Of a stretch of 64,000 bases of DNA, positions 36,154 to 45,260 are shown piece by piece (the first letter of the stretch is position 1; each line of letters opens with the position of its first letter). A program made the translations under genes and the position numbers. Origin of the DNA: Tepidiformaceae bacterium (lineage in GTDB: Bacteria > Chloroflexota > Dehalococcoidia > Tepidiformales > Tepidiformaceae); contig OZ244727.1 in assembly GCA_965219255.1 (NCBI GenBank), positions 266,739 through 330,738 of the forward strand, given 5' to 3'. Under the pieces are notes generated by a model, which did not search any database, was not told the origin of the DNA, and saw only the letters and a list, made by a program, of their open reading frames with translations.

Positions 36154-37572
36154 ATGGCGAAGCGAAGTTTCCGCGCGATCGGCCTGCTCTTCCTGGCCCT
36201 TGGGCTCGGCTCGCTCCTGCTTTCGCAGTGGGCCGCTCCCGGCGAGGCCAAGGGCGACTACATCGGCGTCCTCAGGGTCGACGGCGCCATCGACGCCATC
36301 AACTCCCGCTACCTCTCGCGCGCCATCGGCAAGGCCGAGGGCGACGAAGCCGTCCTCATCATCGTCGAGCTCGATACGCCCGGTGGCCGCCTCGACTCCA
36401 CCCGCGACATGGTCGAGACCATCCTCGAGTCCCGCTCCCCCGTGGCCGTCTACGTCTCGCCTTCGGGGGCGCAGGCCGCCTCGGCCGGCACCTTCATCAC
36501 CGTTGCCGCCAACTTCGCCGTCATGGCCCCCGCCACCAACATCGGCGCGGCCTCTCCCATCAGCGGCTCTGGCGAGGATCTGCCCGATACGCTGGCGAGG
36601 AAGGTGAACGAGGACACGCGCGCCTTCATCCGCGCTATCTCCGAGCAGCGCGGCCGCAACGCGCAGGCCCTCGAGGACACCGTCACCTACGCGCGTGCGT
36701 ACTCCGCCACCGAGGCCCTGGAGCTCGACATCATCGACCTCATCGCCACCGATCGAGAGGACCTGCTCCGCCAGATCGACGGCCGCACGGCCCAGACCGC
36801 CGCCGGTCCCGTCGTCGTCAACACCGAGGGCGTCCCCGTCCGGGAGATCGGCAAGAGCTTGCTCGAGAGCTTCCTGAGCGTCATCGCCAACCCCAACATC
36901 GCGTTCCTGCTGATCTCGCTCGGGAGCATGGCCCTGTTCATCGAGTTCCTTGTTCCCTTCTTCGGCCCTGGCATCGTCGGAGTGATCCTGCTCGCGCTCG
37001 CCTTCGTCTCCTTCGGGTACCTGCCGGTGAACTGGGTGGGCGTGGCCCTCATCCTCGTCTCGATGGGGCTTTTCTACTTCGAGATGGAAGCCCCGGGCAT
37101 CGGCGTTTTCGGCGCGGGAGGCCTCGCCAGCTTCCTCGTGGGCGCCTTCCTGCTCTTCGGTGGCTTCTTCGGCTCATCGGATCCGCTCGACCTCACCGTC
37201 GACATCAGCCTCTGGCTCATCATCGTGGTGACCGTCGTGATGGCCAGCGCGGTGCTCACGTTGTACTTCCTCGTGCGCCAGGGAGGCTCTACCGATGCCT
37301 ACGTCACCTCCGCCGAGGGCGCCCTCCTTGGCGCACCCGCCGTGGCCATCTCCGATCTCACTCCCACGGGCAGGGTACTTGTGAAAGACCGGGAGTGGTC
37401 GGCTACCATGGAGGAAGGACAACGCGTGCGCGCCGGTGCAAACGTGCATGTTGTTGCCGTCTATAGTGAAAGAACACTCAAGGTCTCGAGCGCTCCCCCG
37501 CCATCCGCTCGGGGACCACGCCGACCCCTTGTAGCGTTCGCAACCACAGTCCGAAAGGCGTTTAGGAGGTAG
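36154..37572 (+). CDS. NfeD-family membrane-bound ClpP-class serine protease
   Basis: IGVLRVDGAIDAINSRYLSRAI...LIIVELDTPGGRLDSTRDMV...GAQAASAGTFI, then multiple TM helices and a C-terminal NfeD OB-fold (GRVLVKDREWSATMEEG). Confidence 0.9.
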   Translation: MAKRSFRAIGLLFLALGLGSLLLSQWAAPGEAKGDYIGVLRVDGAIDAINSRYLSRAIGKAEGDEAVLIIVELDTPGGRLDSTRDMVETILESRSPVAVYVSPSGAQAASAGTFITVAANFAVMAPATNIGAASPISGSGEDLPDTLARKVNEDTRAFIRAISEQRGRNAQALEDTVTYARAYSATEALELDIIDLIATDREDLLRQIDGRTAQTAAGPVVVNTEGVPVREIGKSLLESFLSVIANPNIAFLLISLGSMALFIEFLVPFFGPGIVGVILLALAFVSFGYLPVNWVGVALILVSMGLFYFEMEAPGIGVFGAGGLASFLVGAFLLFGGFFGSSDPLDLTVDISLWLIIVVTVVMASAVLTLYFLVRQGGSTDAYVTSAEGALLGAPAVAISDLTPTGRVLVKDREWSATMEEGQRVRAGANVHVVAVYSERTLKVSSAPPPSARGPRRPLVAFATTVRKAFRR

Positions 37573-37575
37573 TTC

Positions 37576-39036
37576 ATGACGCCAATTATTCGAGTCGCAG
37601 GCCCGAACGAGGCACTGATCAGGTCCGGTGGCGGCTCTCAGCCGAAGATCACCGTCGGCGGCAGGGTCATCGTCATCCCCGTCTTCTTCAAGGCCCAGAG
37701 CCTCTCCCTCGAGGTGATGACCCTCGCCGTCGAGACCGCGAAGGTCTACACCAAGGAGGGCGTCGCCATCACCGTCGATGGCGTTGCGCAGGTGAAGGTC
37801 GCCCGTTCCGAGGAAGCTATCCGCACGGCCGCTCAGCAGTTCGTGGGCAAGGCCCAGCGCGAGATCGCCGAGGTTGCCCTCCAGACCCTTGAGGGCGCCC
37901 AGCGCGCCATCCTTGGGACCATGACGGTCGAGGGCATCTATCAGGACCGCGAGTCCTTCGCCCAGAGTGTCGGCGAGGTCGCCGATCCGCACATGGCGAA
38001 CATGGGCCTCGAGATCGTCAGCTTCACCATCCGCGATATCCGCGACGACCAAGGCTACCTCGATGCCCTCGGCCGCAAGCGCACGGCGGAGGTCACCCGC
38101 GACGCCGAGATCGGCGAGGCCGAAGCGACCCGCGATGCCTCCATCAGGCGTGCCGAGGCCCAGCGTGACGCGACGGTCGTCGAAGCGCAGGCCAACCGCG
38201 ATCAGGAGACGGCCAAGTACGATGCGGAGACGCGCATCGCCGAGTCCGAGCGCGACTTCAAGGTCGAGCAGGCCCGCTACCAGCAGGAGACCAACGCCCG
38301 CCAGGCCGAGGCCGAGCTCGCCTACGCCCTCCAGGAGGCCATGACCCGCCAGGAGATCCGCGAGCAGGAGGTCCAGATCGAGGTCGTCGAGCGCACCAAG
38401 CAGATCGAGATCGAGGCCCAGGAGATCCTGCGTCGCGAGCGCGAGCTGGAGGCGAACATCAAGCGCCCCGCCGAGGCCGAGCGCTTCCGCCTGGAGACGA
38501 TCGCCGCCGGCGAGAAGGCCCAGGTCGTGGCCCAGGCCGAGGCCGAGGCCGAGTCGCTCACCCTCAACGGCACCGGCGAGGCCAACGCCATCCGCGCCCG
38601 CGGCGAGGCCGAGGCGGACGCTATCCGCGCCCAGGGGCTCGCCGAGGCGGAGGCCATGCGCGTGAAGGCCGAATCCTGGAAGGAGTACGGCCAGGCGGCC
38701 ATGATCGATACCCTCCTCGAGTCCCTGCCCGAGGTGGCCTCATCCGTCGCCCAGCCGCTCGCCCAGACCGACCGCATCGTCATGATCAGCGGCGGCGACA
38801 GCGGCTCCATCGGCGCCAGCAAGCTCACCAACGACGTGACCAGGGTCGTTTCTCAGCTCCCCGATCTCGTCGAGAGCCTGACCGGCATCGACATCCTCGG
38901 GACGCTCAAGAACCTGCCTCGCGTCGCCACTACCGATGGTGGCGGCAACGGCAGTGCTGAGGTCGCGCCTGCAACCGCCGCCTCGGCGCCAGCCGCGGCC
39001 GAAGGCGACGCGGAGGACGGCTCGCCCGCCGAATAG
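37576..39036 (+). CDS. flotillin / SPFH (band-7) domain protein
   Basis: N-terminal SPFH domain, then a long Ala/Glu-rich coiled coil (EAEAESLTLNGTGEANAIRARGEAEADAIRAQGLAEAEAMR). It starts 3 nt after nfeD. Confidence 0.9.
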   Translation: MTPIIRVAGPNEALIRSGGGSQPKITVGGRVIVIPVFFKAQSLSLEVMTLAVETAKVYTKEGVAITVDGVAQVKVARSEEAIRTAAQQFVGKAQREIAEVALQTLEGAQRAILGTMTVEGIYQDRESFAQSVGEVADPHMANMGLEIVSFTIRDIRDDQGYLDALGRKRTAEVTRDAEIGEAEATRDASIRRAEAQRDATVVEAQANRDQETAKYDAETRIAESERDFKVEQARYQQETNARQAEAELAYALQEAMTRQEIREQEVQIEVVERTKQIEIEAQEILRRERELEANIKRPAEAERFRLETIAAGEKAQVVAQAEAEAESLTLNGTGEANAIRARGEAEADAIRAQGLAEAEAMRVKAESWKEYGQAAMIDTLLESLPEVASSVAQPLAQTDRIVMISGGDSGSIGASKLTNDVTRVVSQLPDLVESLTGIDILGTLKNLPRVATTDGGGNGSAEVAPATAASAPAAAEGDAEDGSPAE

Positions 39037-39055
39037 CGCCTCGGCGCACGCTGTA

Positions 39056-39084
39056 GCGCCCCTCCGGAACATCCGGAGGGGCGC
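39056..39084. terminator. bidirectional stem-loop between convergent flotillin and histidine kinase genes
   Basis: gcgcccctccgga (39056-39068) pairs with tccggaggggcgc (39072-39084) around a 3-nt loop, followed by TTCGTACTT. Confidence 0.55.
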
Positions 39085-39125
39085 TTCGTACTTCCTGGCA
39101 GGCGGCGACCGAGGTCCAGACAGCC

Positions 39126-41306
39126 CTAGGCGGGTACTTCTTCGGGCGCCGCCACCGTTTCCGAGGGCCGCTCCAGCGGCAGCTCCACGATCATCTCGGT
39201 GTACTCGCCCGGTAGGGAGTCCACCCGGATCGTCCCTCCGTGCCGCCGCACGATGTCGCTTGAGAGCGAGAGCCCCAGCCCCGTCCCCTGGTCCGTCGGC
39301 TTGGTCGTGAAGAACGGGTTGAAGATCTTCTCGATGACGTCCGGCGGCATGCCCATCCCGTTGTCGCGGATGCGGACCTCGACGTGGTCCTCGTCTCGTC
39401 TCGTCTTCAGCCAGATCGTTGGCGAGTACGGCCCTCCCACCATCTCCGCCCCCGGCGTCGCCACGCGACGCTCATTCGTGGCGTAGCAAGCGTTGCTCAC
39501 CATGTTCAGAAACACACGCCCAAGATCCTGGGGGATGACTTCCATCTCGCCTGTCGCGGGGTCGTACTCGTCCTTGATGTCCAGCTGGAAATCGGAGTCC
39601 GTCGCCCGCGCGCTGTGGTAGGCCAGCCGCGCATGCTCGTCCAGCAACCCGTTGATGTCGGTGACCTGCCACTCCCCGGAGCCTCGCCCCATCCGCAGCA
39701 TGTTCTCGACGATCCGGTTCGCCCGCTGACCGTGTGACTGGATCCGCTCGAGGTTGCTCGTCAGGTCGTCGGTGATCTCCTCGACCATCGACTTCTGCTC
39801 CTCGTTCAGCTCCACGCCCTCCTCCTCCAGCACCTCCTGCAGCTCCGTCAGAAGCTCCCCCGAGACCTCGGAGAAGTTGTTGACGAAGTTCAGCGGGTTG
39901 CGGATTTCGTGGGCCACGCCCGCGGTCAACTCACCCAGCGCCGCCAGCTTCTCCCGCATCACGATCTGGTCCTGCGCCTTGTTGAGCTCACCCAGCGTGC
40001 TCTCCAGCTCGAGGTTCTTGTCCTGTAGCTCGTTCGCAAGCTGCTCCACCAGGTTCAGCCGCTGCACCTCCAGGGCGTGCCGCCGGAACACTTCGAGGGC
40101 GGCCGCCATGTCCGCGACCTCGTCCTGCCCCTCCATCTCGACGCTGGTCTCGATGTCGCCGCCGGCCATCCGAAGCATCCAGGCCGAGAGCATGTTGAGG
40201 CGGCGCAGCAGGATCCGGCCCAGGTACAGCCAGATGATGAGCACCGCCCCCACCACGCTCACCGTGCTGATGATGAGCAGGAGCGTGCGCCCCGTGAAGA
40301 TCGCCGACGAGGAGGCCTCGGTCGCTTCCTCGGCGCTCGCCTGCGCCGCCATCACGAGCCCGTCCACCTCGGCCACCACGACGATCGAGAGGTCCCGGTT
40401 GCTCGCGAGCAACTCCACCTGGCGCGCCTCGATCCGCAGCTCCTGCTCGAAGAGCCCGAACACGCTCTGCTCGCCCGCACCGAGGGCGAACAGCCGGTCG
40501 AAGACGGGGCTCGCCGCGCCGTGGAATGCCGTGCCCTCCAGCGTCCCCAGGTTGCGGTCGATGCGGTTGTTCGCCGCTTCGAAGCGCTCCCGCAGCGGCT
40601 CGATCAGCGATGCATCCGAGAGCGTGAAGGCGTTCGCCAGGAGCTCCGTGGCGATATTGACATCGCCCTGCAGTTCGCTCAGCCGCCGGTAGCGAACAAT
40701 CTCCGACTCCACGAAGTGCTCCGAGCGCGGCGCCGCCGATTCACCCAGCGTGCTGAATCCCGTCAGGATGTAGAAGAGCTGGTCGTCGATCGCCGGCGCC
40801 AGCAGGTCGTCCAGTTCGAAACGCACCTGCGTCAGCTCTTCCTGCAGCGCCGCCAGCCGCTGCCGCAGCTCGAACACGCCCGATGTTTCGCTCCTCAGCG
40901 CCTCGATGTTCGAGATGAGCGTGTCCGCGTATCCCCGAATGCGACCGACCCGCTCCTGATCGGCGTTCTCGCGCGCTTCCAGGGTGGCCAGCTGTTCCTC
41001 GAAGGCGGCGTAGGCCTCGTCGATGTTCTGGACGACCTGGTCGAACTCATCCGGGGTCGTCGCTGCCGTCAGGTTGGGCGCCGCCGCCACCAGCACGCCG
41101 CTGTATTGCGCCACGCCGAACGCGGCCGCCAGCTCCGGAACGCTTCCTTCATTCACGCGGCTCTGGACCGTGCCCACCCGGTCGAACGAGAACCAGCCCA
41201 CGAGACTGGCTGCCAACGTGAGCACGACCGCTCCCCCGACCGCCAGGTAGAGCTGGGTCGAGATGCGGAACCGGCTGGACAGCAGGCGCTTCAGTCGTTC
41301 GACCAC
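39126..41306 (-). CDS. sensor histidine kinase (two TM, large periplasmic helical domain, HAMP, HisKA, HATPase_c)
   Basis: H-box AGVAHEIRNPLNFV, N-box NMVSNACYAT, G-boxes RDNGMGMP / GTGLGLS, HAMP LNMLSAWMLRMAGGDIETSVEMEGQDEVADMAAALEVF. Confidence 0.9.
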   Translation of the reverse strand: MVERLKRLLSSRFRISTQLYLAVGGAVVLTLAASLVGWFSFDRVGTVQSRVNEGSVPELAAAFGVAQYSGVLVAAAPNLTAATTPDEFDQVVQNIDEAYAAFEEQLATLEARENADQERVGRIRGYADTLISNIEALRSETSGVFELRQRLAALQEELTQVRFELDDLLAPAIDDQLFYILTGFSTLGESAAPRSEHFVESEIVRYRRLSELQGDVNIATELLANAFTLSDASLIEPLRERFEAANNRIDRNLGTLEGTAFHGAASPVFDRLFALGAGEQSVFGLFEQELRIEARQVELLASNRDLSIVVVAEVDGLVMAAQASAEEATEASSSAIFTGRTLLLIISTVSVVGAVLIIWLYLGRILLRRLNMLSAWMLRMAGGDIETSVEMEGQDEVADMAAALEVFRRHALEVQRLNLVEQLANELQDKNLELESTLGELNKAQDQIVMREKLAALGELTAGVAHEIRNPLNFVNNFSEVSGELLTELQEVLEEEGVELNEEQKSMVEEITDDLTSNLERIQSHGQRANRIVENMLRMGRGSGEWQVTDINGLLDEHARLAYHSARATDSDFQLDIKDEYDPATGEMEVIPQDLGRVFLNMVSNACYATNERRVATPGAEMVGGPYSPTIWLKTRRDEDHVEVRIRDNGMGMPPDVIEKIFNPFFTTKPTDQGTGLGLSLSSDIVRRHGGTIRVDSLPGEYTEMIVELPLERPSETVAAPEEVPA

Positions 41307-42571
41307 TCTGTCTCTCGCAGCGTCTCAATCTCCCGTAGTGACTCGATCGCATGGTACTGCTCGCCGGGCCCGATGACAGTGAGGAATACCTTGTCCGACC
41401 CCTGATTGTCATCCGCCCCGTACTGAAGGGAAAACCCCTCGATGCTGAGCGCCTCCGAGCTACGCAGGCTCGAGAGGAAGCAGGCGCGGTCGAGCTCGCG
41501 GCCGCACTTCTCCAGCCCCGCGATGGCAAGGCGGCCGGCAAGATAGCCCTCCAGCGACACGAAACCGGGCGAGGCGTCCGGCGCATAGGCCGCCAGCGCG
41601 CGCTGGTAGGCCGCGACCACGGCCAGCGAGTCATCCTCGGGGAAGGGCACTACCTGCGTCACCAGCACGCCCACGCCGTCCGGCCCCAGCTCCCGCGCCA
41701 GAGCCGTGCTCCCAACGAACGAGACGTTCAGGAACAGCGCGTCCATGTCCGAGAGCCGCGCCCACTTGATCAGGGCCGCCATGGGCTGATAGGCGCCTAT
41801 CATGATCACCGCCTCGGGGTCGCCTTCCTGGAGGTCGAGCAGCGCCGTCTTCACCGCCGAGGTGTTTCGTGTGTACCGGCCCACCGCCACCGCCTCACTG
41901 CCTCGGCGGGCAAGGGCCTGCTGCACGCCGTCGTAGCCGCTGCGGCCATACGAGTCGTCCTGGTAGAGGATGCCGATCCGTTCGATGCCCAGATCGGCGG
42001 TCAGCCGCTCGACCATCTCCTCCGTCTCCTGGGCGTAGGAGGCGCGCAGGTTGATGATGTTTTCCCACTCTGGATCGCGCAGGAACCCCGCCCCGGTGAA
42101 GGGGGCGATGTAGGGAACCCCGGCCTCCGCCGCAACCGGCGTGGCCGAGCGCGAGGTGGGCGTGCCCACCGCCCCGATCAGCGCGAACACGCCCTCCCCG
42201 ATCAGTTGCTGGGTGTTCGTGACCGCGGCTTCCGGTTCGTAAGCGTCGTCCAGCGACGTCAGCTCCAGCATCCGGCGGTGCACGCCCCCGGCCTCGTTGG
42301 CCTCGTGGAAGGCGGCCTCGATCCCCAGCCGCATGTTCTTGCCGAGCTCCTGCGCCGGCCCGCTGAAGGCCGCCGACTGCCCGAACAGCACCCGATCGTC
42401 GTACACGCCGGGGGTTCCGGTCTCCGCCGCCTCGGTCGCCACGGGCACGGGAGTCGTGGTCCCGTCCGTCTCGTCGCCGCCACCGGAGCAGCCCCCCACG
42501 ACCAGCGCGACCGCCAGGGTGGAACCGGCGGCGAGCTGCCACGCGACTCTCATGGGCCGCCCCTGCCTCAT
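41291..42571 (-). CDS. LivJ-like (Peripla_BP_6) periplasmic binding lipoprotein, co-operonic with the histidine kinase
   Basis: Lipobox VVGGCSG. LFGQSAAFSGPAQELGKNMRLGIEAAFHEANEAGGVHRRMLELTSLDDAYEPE. ATGA overlap with the upstream gene and a 16-nt overlap with the kinase start. Confidence 0.85.
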   Translation of the reverse strand: MRQGRPMRVAWQLAAGSTLAVALVVGGCSGGGDETDGTTTPVPVATEAAETGTPGVYDDRVLFGQSAAFSGPAQELGKNMRLGIEAAFHEANEAGGVHRRMLELTSLDDAYEPEAAVTNTQQLIGEGVFALIGAVGTPTSRSATPVAAEAGVPYIAPFTGAGFLRDPEWENIINLRASYAQETEEMVERLTADLGIERIGILYQDDSYGRSGYDGVQQALARRGSEAVAVGRYTRNTSAVKTALLDLQEGDPEAVIMIGAYQPMAALIKWARLSDMDALFLNVSFVGSTALARELGPDGVGVLVTQVVPFPEDDSLAVVAAYQRALAAYAPDASPGFVSLEGYLAGRLAIAGLEKCGRELDRACFLSSLRSSEALSIEGFSLQYGADDNQGSDKVFLTVIGPGEQYHAIESLREIETLRETEWSND

Positions 42572-42987
42572 CGCACCTTGCGGGTGACGATGTTCAGCCG
42601 GTTCCTGTCCGCTTCGCGTGCGTAGCGCACCTCGTCCATCAAGGTCTTCGTCAGATGGACGCCCAGGCCCCCCACGCGCCGCTCGCTCACCGCGCCCGTG
42701 AGGTCCGGTTCGGGGGCCTCCGTCAGGGGATCGAAGGGCCGGCCGCGATCGCTGAGATCGATCAAGATGGAGTCCGAGGTGGACTCGATCTCGAGGGCGA
42801 TGTCGGGATCACCACCCTCCGCCCCGTAATCGATGATGTTCAGAATCAGCTCTTCCAGCACCAGGTTCACGCGGAACACCAGGTCATCCGGCCAGTGGTC
42901 CTGCTGGCCCAACTCTTCGATGGCCGCCGAGATGCGCTCCAGCTCATCGCGGGTCGTCTTGATCGCCATGGAGAGGGTTGCGCCCAT
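42568..42987 (-). CDS. anti-sigma regulatory factor, RsbW/SpoIIAB-like serine kinase (HATPase_c_2)
   Basis: VNLVLEELILNIIDYG...LIDLSDRGRPFDP...GGLGVHLTKTLMDEVRY. Confidence 0.85.
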   Translation of the reverse strand: MGATLSMAIKTTRDELERISAAIEELGQQDHWPDDLVFRVNLVLEELILNIIDYGAEGGDPDIALEIESTSDSILIDLSDRGRPFDPLTEAPEPDLTGAVSERRVGGLGVHLTKTLMDEVRYAREADRNRLNIVTRKVR

Positions 42988-42990
42988 CGG

Positions 42991-44142
42991 TCAATCCCGG
43001 CGGAGTGTCAGACAGGTGATGTCATCGTGCTGGGGGGCCTCGCCCGTGTACTCCAGCACCTGGTTCAGCATGGCCAGGCCGGCCTGTTCCGCGTCTGCGG
43101 GAGGGGCCGACCCAAAGAGAGCTTGCACCCCTTCGATGCCCATCAGCTCGTCCTGCTGATTCGTCGCTTCCGTCACTCCGTCCGTGTAGAGGCAGACCGT
43201 GTCGCCGGGCGCCAGCTCGAACGACTCCTCCCGGTACTGGAAGCCGCCGAGCACCCCCAGCGCAATCCCGCCGGTGAGGGGCTTTAGCTCCGAGCTCCCG
43301 TCGGGGTGGACCACGAGCGGTGGGTCGTGACCCCCGCTGGCGTAGGTAAACACGCCCGTCGCCGGCTCGTAGACGGCGTAGAGCATGGTCACGAACATGC
43401 CCGTGGTTTCGTCCTCGTTCAGGAGGTTGTTTACCTCCGTGAGCACGGCGCCGGGGCCGCCCCCGGCGCCGATCGCCGAGCCCTTCAGCAGGGTGCGGCT
43501 CGACATCATGAAGAGCGCCGCCGGCACCCCCTTGTCGGAGACGTCCGCGATGGCCAGGCCAACGTGGTCCTCCTCCAGGCGGATGACGTCGAAGAAGTCC
43601 CCGCCCACGTTTCGCGCCGGGTGCATCGTGCCGAACGTCTTGTAGGAAGGCCCGCTTGGGAACACCGTCGGGAGGATCGATTGCTGCATCTTGCTGGCCA
43701 CGTCCAGCTCGTTCTGCAGCGCGACCAGCTTGTCGCGCGTGCTCAGCGCCTCGCGCCACTGCTCGATGTGCTCCAGCGTCCGGTCAATCGTGATCTGCAG
43801 GTCATCGAAGTCCACCGGCTTCGTCACGAAATCGAACGCGCCGCGGTTCATCGCCGTGCGGATGTTCTCCATGTCGCCATAGGCGGAGACGATGATGGCC
43901 CGGATGTCGGGGCTTACCTTGGGAATCTGGTCCAGCAGCGTGAGGCCATCCATCCGGGGCATGTTGATGTCGGAGACGACCATGTCGATGCTCGCATCTG
44001 CCTCGAGCTGTTCCAGCGCCTCCACCCCGTTGTGCGCGAACACGAACTCGTAGCGCCCTCGCCGGATCTGGCGGCGCATGCGCTGCAGCACCAGGGGCTC
44101 AAGGTCGGGTTCGTCGTCGACTACGAGAATCTTGTAGGTCAT
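42991..44142 (-). CDS. response regulator receiver fused to PP2C/SpoIIE-type phosphatase
   Basis: REC: KILVVDDEPD...MVVSDINMPRMDGLTLL...FVTKP. PP2C: VGGDFFDV...LAIADVSDKGVPAALFM...GGHDPP...LYTDGVTEA. Confidence 0.9.
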   Translation of the reverse strand: MTYKILVVDDEPDLEPLVLQRMRRQIRRGRYEFVFAHNGVEALEQLEADASIDMVVSDINMPRMDGLTLLDQIPKVSPDIRAIIVSAYGDMENIRTAMNRGAFDFVTKPVDFDDLQITIDRTLEHIEQWREALSTRDKLVALQNELDVASKMQQSILPTVFPSGPSYKTFGTMHPARNVGGDFFDVIRLEEDHVGLAIADVSDKGVPAALFMMSSRTLLKGSAIGAGGGPGAVLTEVNNLLNEDETTGMFVTMLYAVYEPATGVFTYASGGHDPPLVVHPDGSSELKPLTGGIALGVLGGFQYREESFELAPGDTVCLYTDGVTEATNQQDELMGIEGVQALFGSAPPADAEQAGLAMLNQVLEYTGEAPQHDDITCLTLRRD

Positions 44143-44190
44143 AGACGGCGCATGCCTCGGCGAGCCCTCTCTCTCCGTGGGTGGTGTGGC

Positions 44191-44529
44191 TTAACCGCTA
44201 ATGGCCGCGGCTGCCTCGGCCTGCGAGTCGTGAATGGGAATGATGTTGTCGAACCCGCTGATGCGGAATACTTCGCGGATCGGCTCCGAGAGTGAGCACA
44301 GCGCCAGCTTGGCCCCGTTCCCCTGAAGGGTCTTGGCCGTCAACAGCAGGACCCTCAAACCGGCGCTACTGATGTAGGAGACGCTTCCGAAGTCCAGGAT
44401 GAGCGCCTTGTCGCTGTCCTCAATCACTGCTTGCAGGTCCGCCTGGAACTCGCTGGCGTTGGAGCCATCGATGCGCCCATCGGCCTTGGCTGTGACGGTG
44501 CCGCCTTCCCTGTCGGCGCTGATTGCCAT
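44191..44529 (-). CDS. STAS-domain anti-sigma factor antagonist (RsbV/SpoIIAA-like)
   Basis: LILDFGSVSYISSAGLRVLL (phosphorylatable Ser context), LALCSLSEPIREVFRISGFDNI. Start at MAISADRE inside ORF 44191..44814. Confidence 0.85.
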   Translation of the reverse strand: MAISADREGGTVTAKADGRIDGSNASEFQADLQAVIEDSDKALILDFGSVSYISSAGLRVLLLTAKTLQGNGAKLALCSLSEPIREVFRISGFDNIIPIHDSQAEAAAAISG

Positions 44530-45046
44530 GTGGTCCGTCTCCTCAACCGTGCTTCGACTCGTGATTCCGCAGTGTACGGCGTGCGTGCCGCTTCGTCTCC
44601 CGTTCCCGTTGATGCCGACCTGGCACGGAGTCAATCTGCGACTGCCGTACCTTCCGGCTTCGGCATTTAACGCTGCCAGTCCAAGCGGGAAACCTCCCAC
44701 TTGTGGGGTCGTAACCCCATGAGCCGCGCGATCAGCACACCCCCACCGCCTTGCAGGCAGCGAAGGTGAACCTGCGGTTCGTGGGGCAGTATACAGGACA
44801 CGAGGTAGCCCCATGGCTCATTTGCGCTGGGCAGTCGTGCCTGCCGGTGCTGCCCAGACCTGCACGAAACGACACATAGGGTTCCCGCGCGCGACCTCGC
44901 TAGCGCCCCATGGGCCCCGGCTCGGCATGCCATCCCGGAGTGCCTGAGTTTGCTTGCAGAGCGCTCCTCGCTGGGTGATATCTGCTCTCGAATTCACCGG
45001 CAGGCATGGTGTACAACGAATTCATCCGCAACTGGAGGAGCTACCT

Positions 45047-45193
45047 GTGGCACACGACGCCCACGAATGCGACGAGCACGAGCACCATGGGCCCACGAGC
45101 AGATCGTCTGCTCCGGGAAGGTCAACGGGCATCCGCAGCGGGTGCGGACAGGGAGGCGCTCTCCATAGCGGAGGCGCCTTCTTCGCCCATTGA
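45047..45193 (+). CDS. speculative 48-codon His/Cys-rich upstream mini-ORF preceding the CDF gene
   Basis: GGAGGAG RBS lies 7 nt before the GTG at 45047. Product VAHDAHECDEHEHHGPTSRS.... The first 40 nt resemble the His-rich repeat of the downstream CDF gene. Codon bias after codon 15 is weak. Confidence 0.25.
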   Translation: MAHDAHECDEHEHHGPTSRSSAPGRSTGIRSGCGQGGALHSGGAFFAH

Positions 45194-45260
45194 TCCCTCA
45201 GCCCGTGTCCGCCGGACACCGTCCGGCCAATTCCGAGTCACAACCGTGGGGTGAGTGCAA

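Noticed and set aside
44877-44887. TAGGGTTCCCG resembling the start of the ykkC (guanidine-I) riboswitch
   Set aside because: The downstream conserved GGTCCGAGAG and ACACGGCGGGA...GCCCGGGAGA segments are absent, and the downstream gene context (CDF transporter) does not fit.
45010-45024. TGTACAACGAATTCA as an ArsR/SmtB-type operator
   Set aside because: The half-sites and 3-nt spacing deviate from the TGAACA-N2-TATTCA type consensus, and no ArsR-family gene is nearby. It is mentioned only as a weak possibility within the CDF-leader finding.
44530-45046. Long (about 500 nt) non-coding leader between the STAS operon and the CDF locus, scanned for RNA genes and small ORFs (44399..44722, 44667..44933 and others)
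   Set aside because: It shows only one isolated 8-bp hairpin (ctgggcag...ctgcccag at about 44828-44858) and ORFs with poor composition. Nothing is supportable beyond divergent promoter or UTR space.
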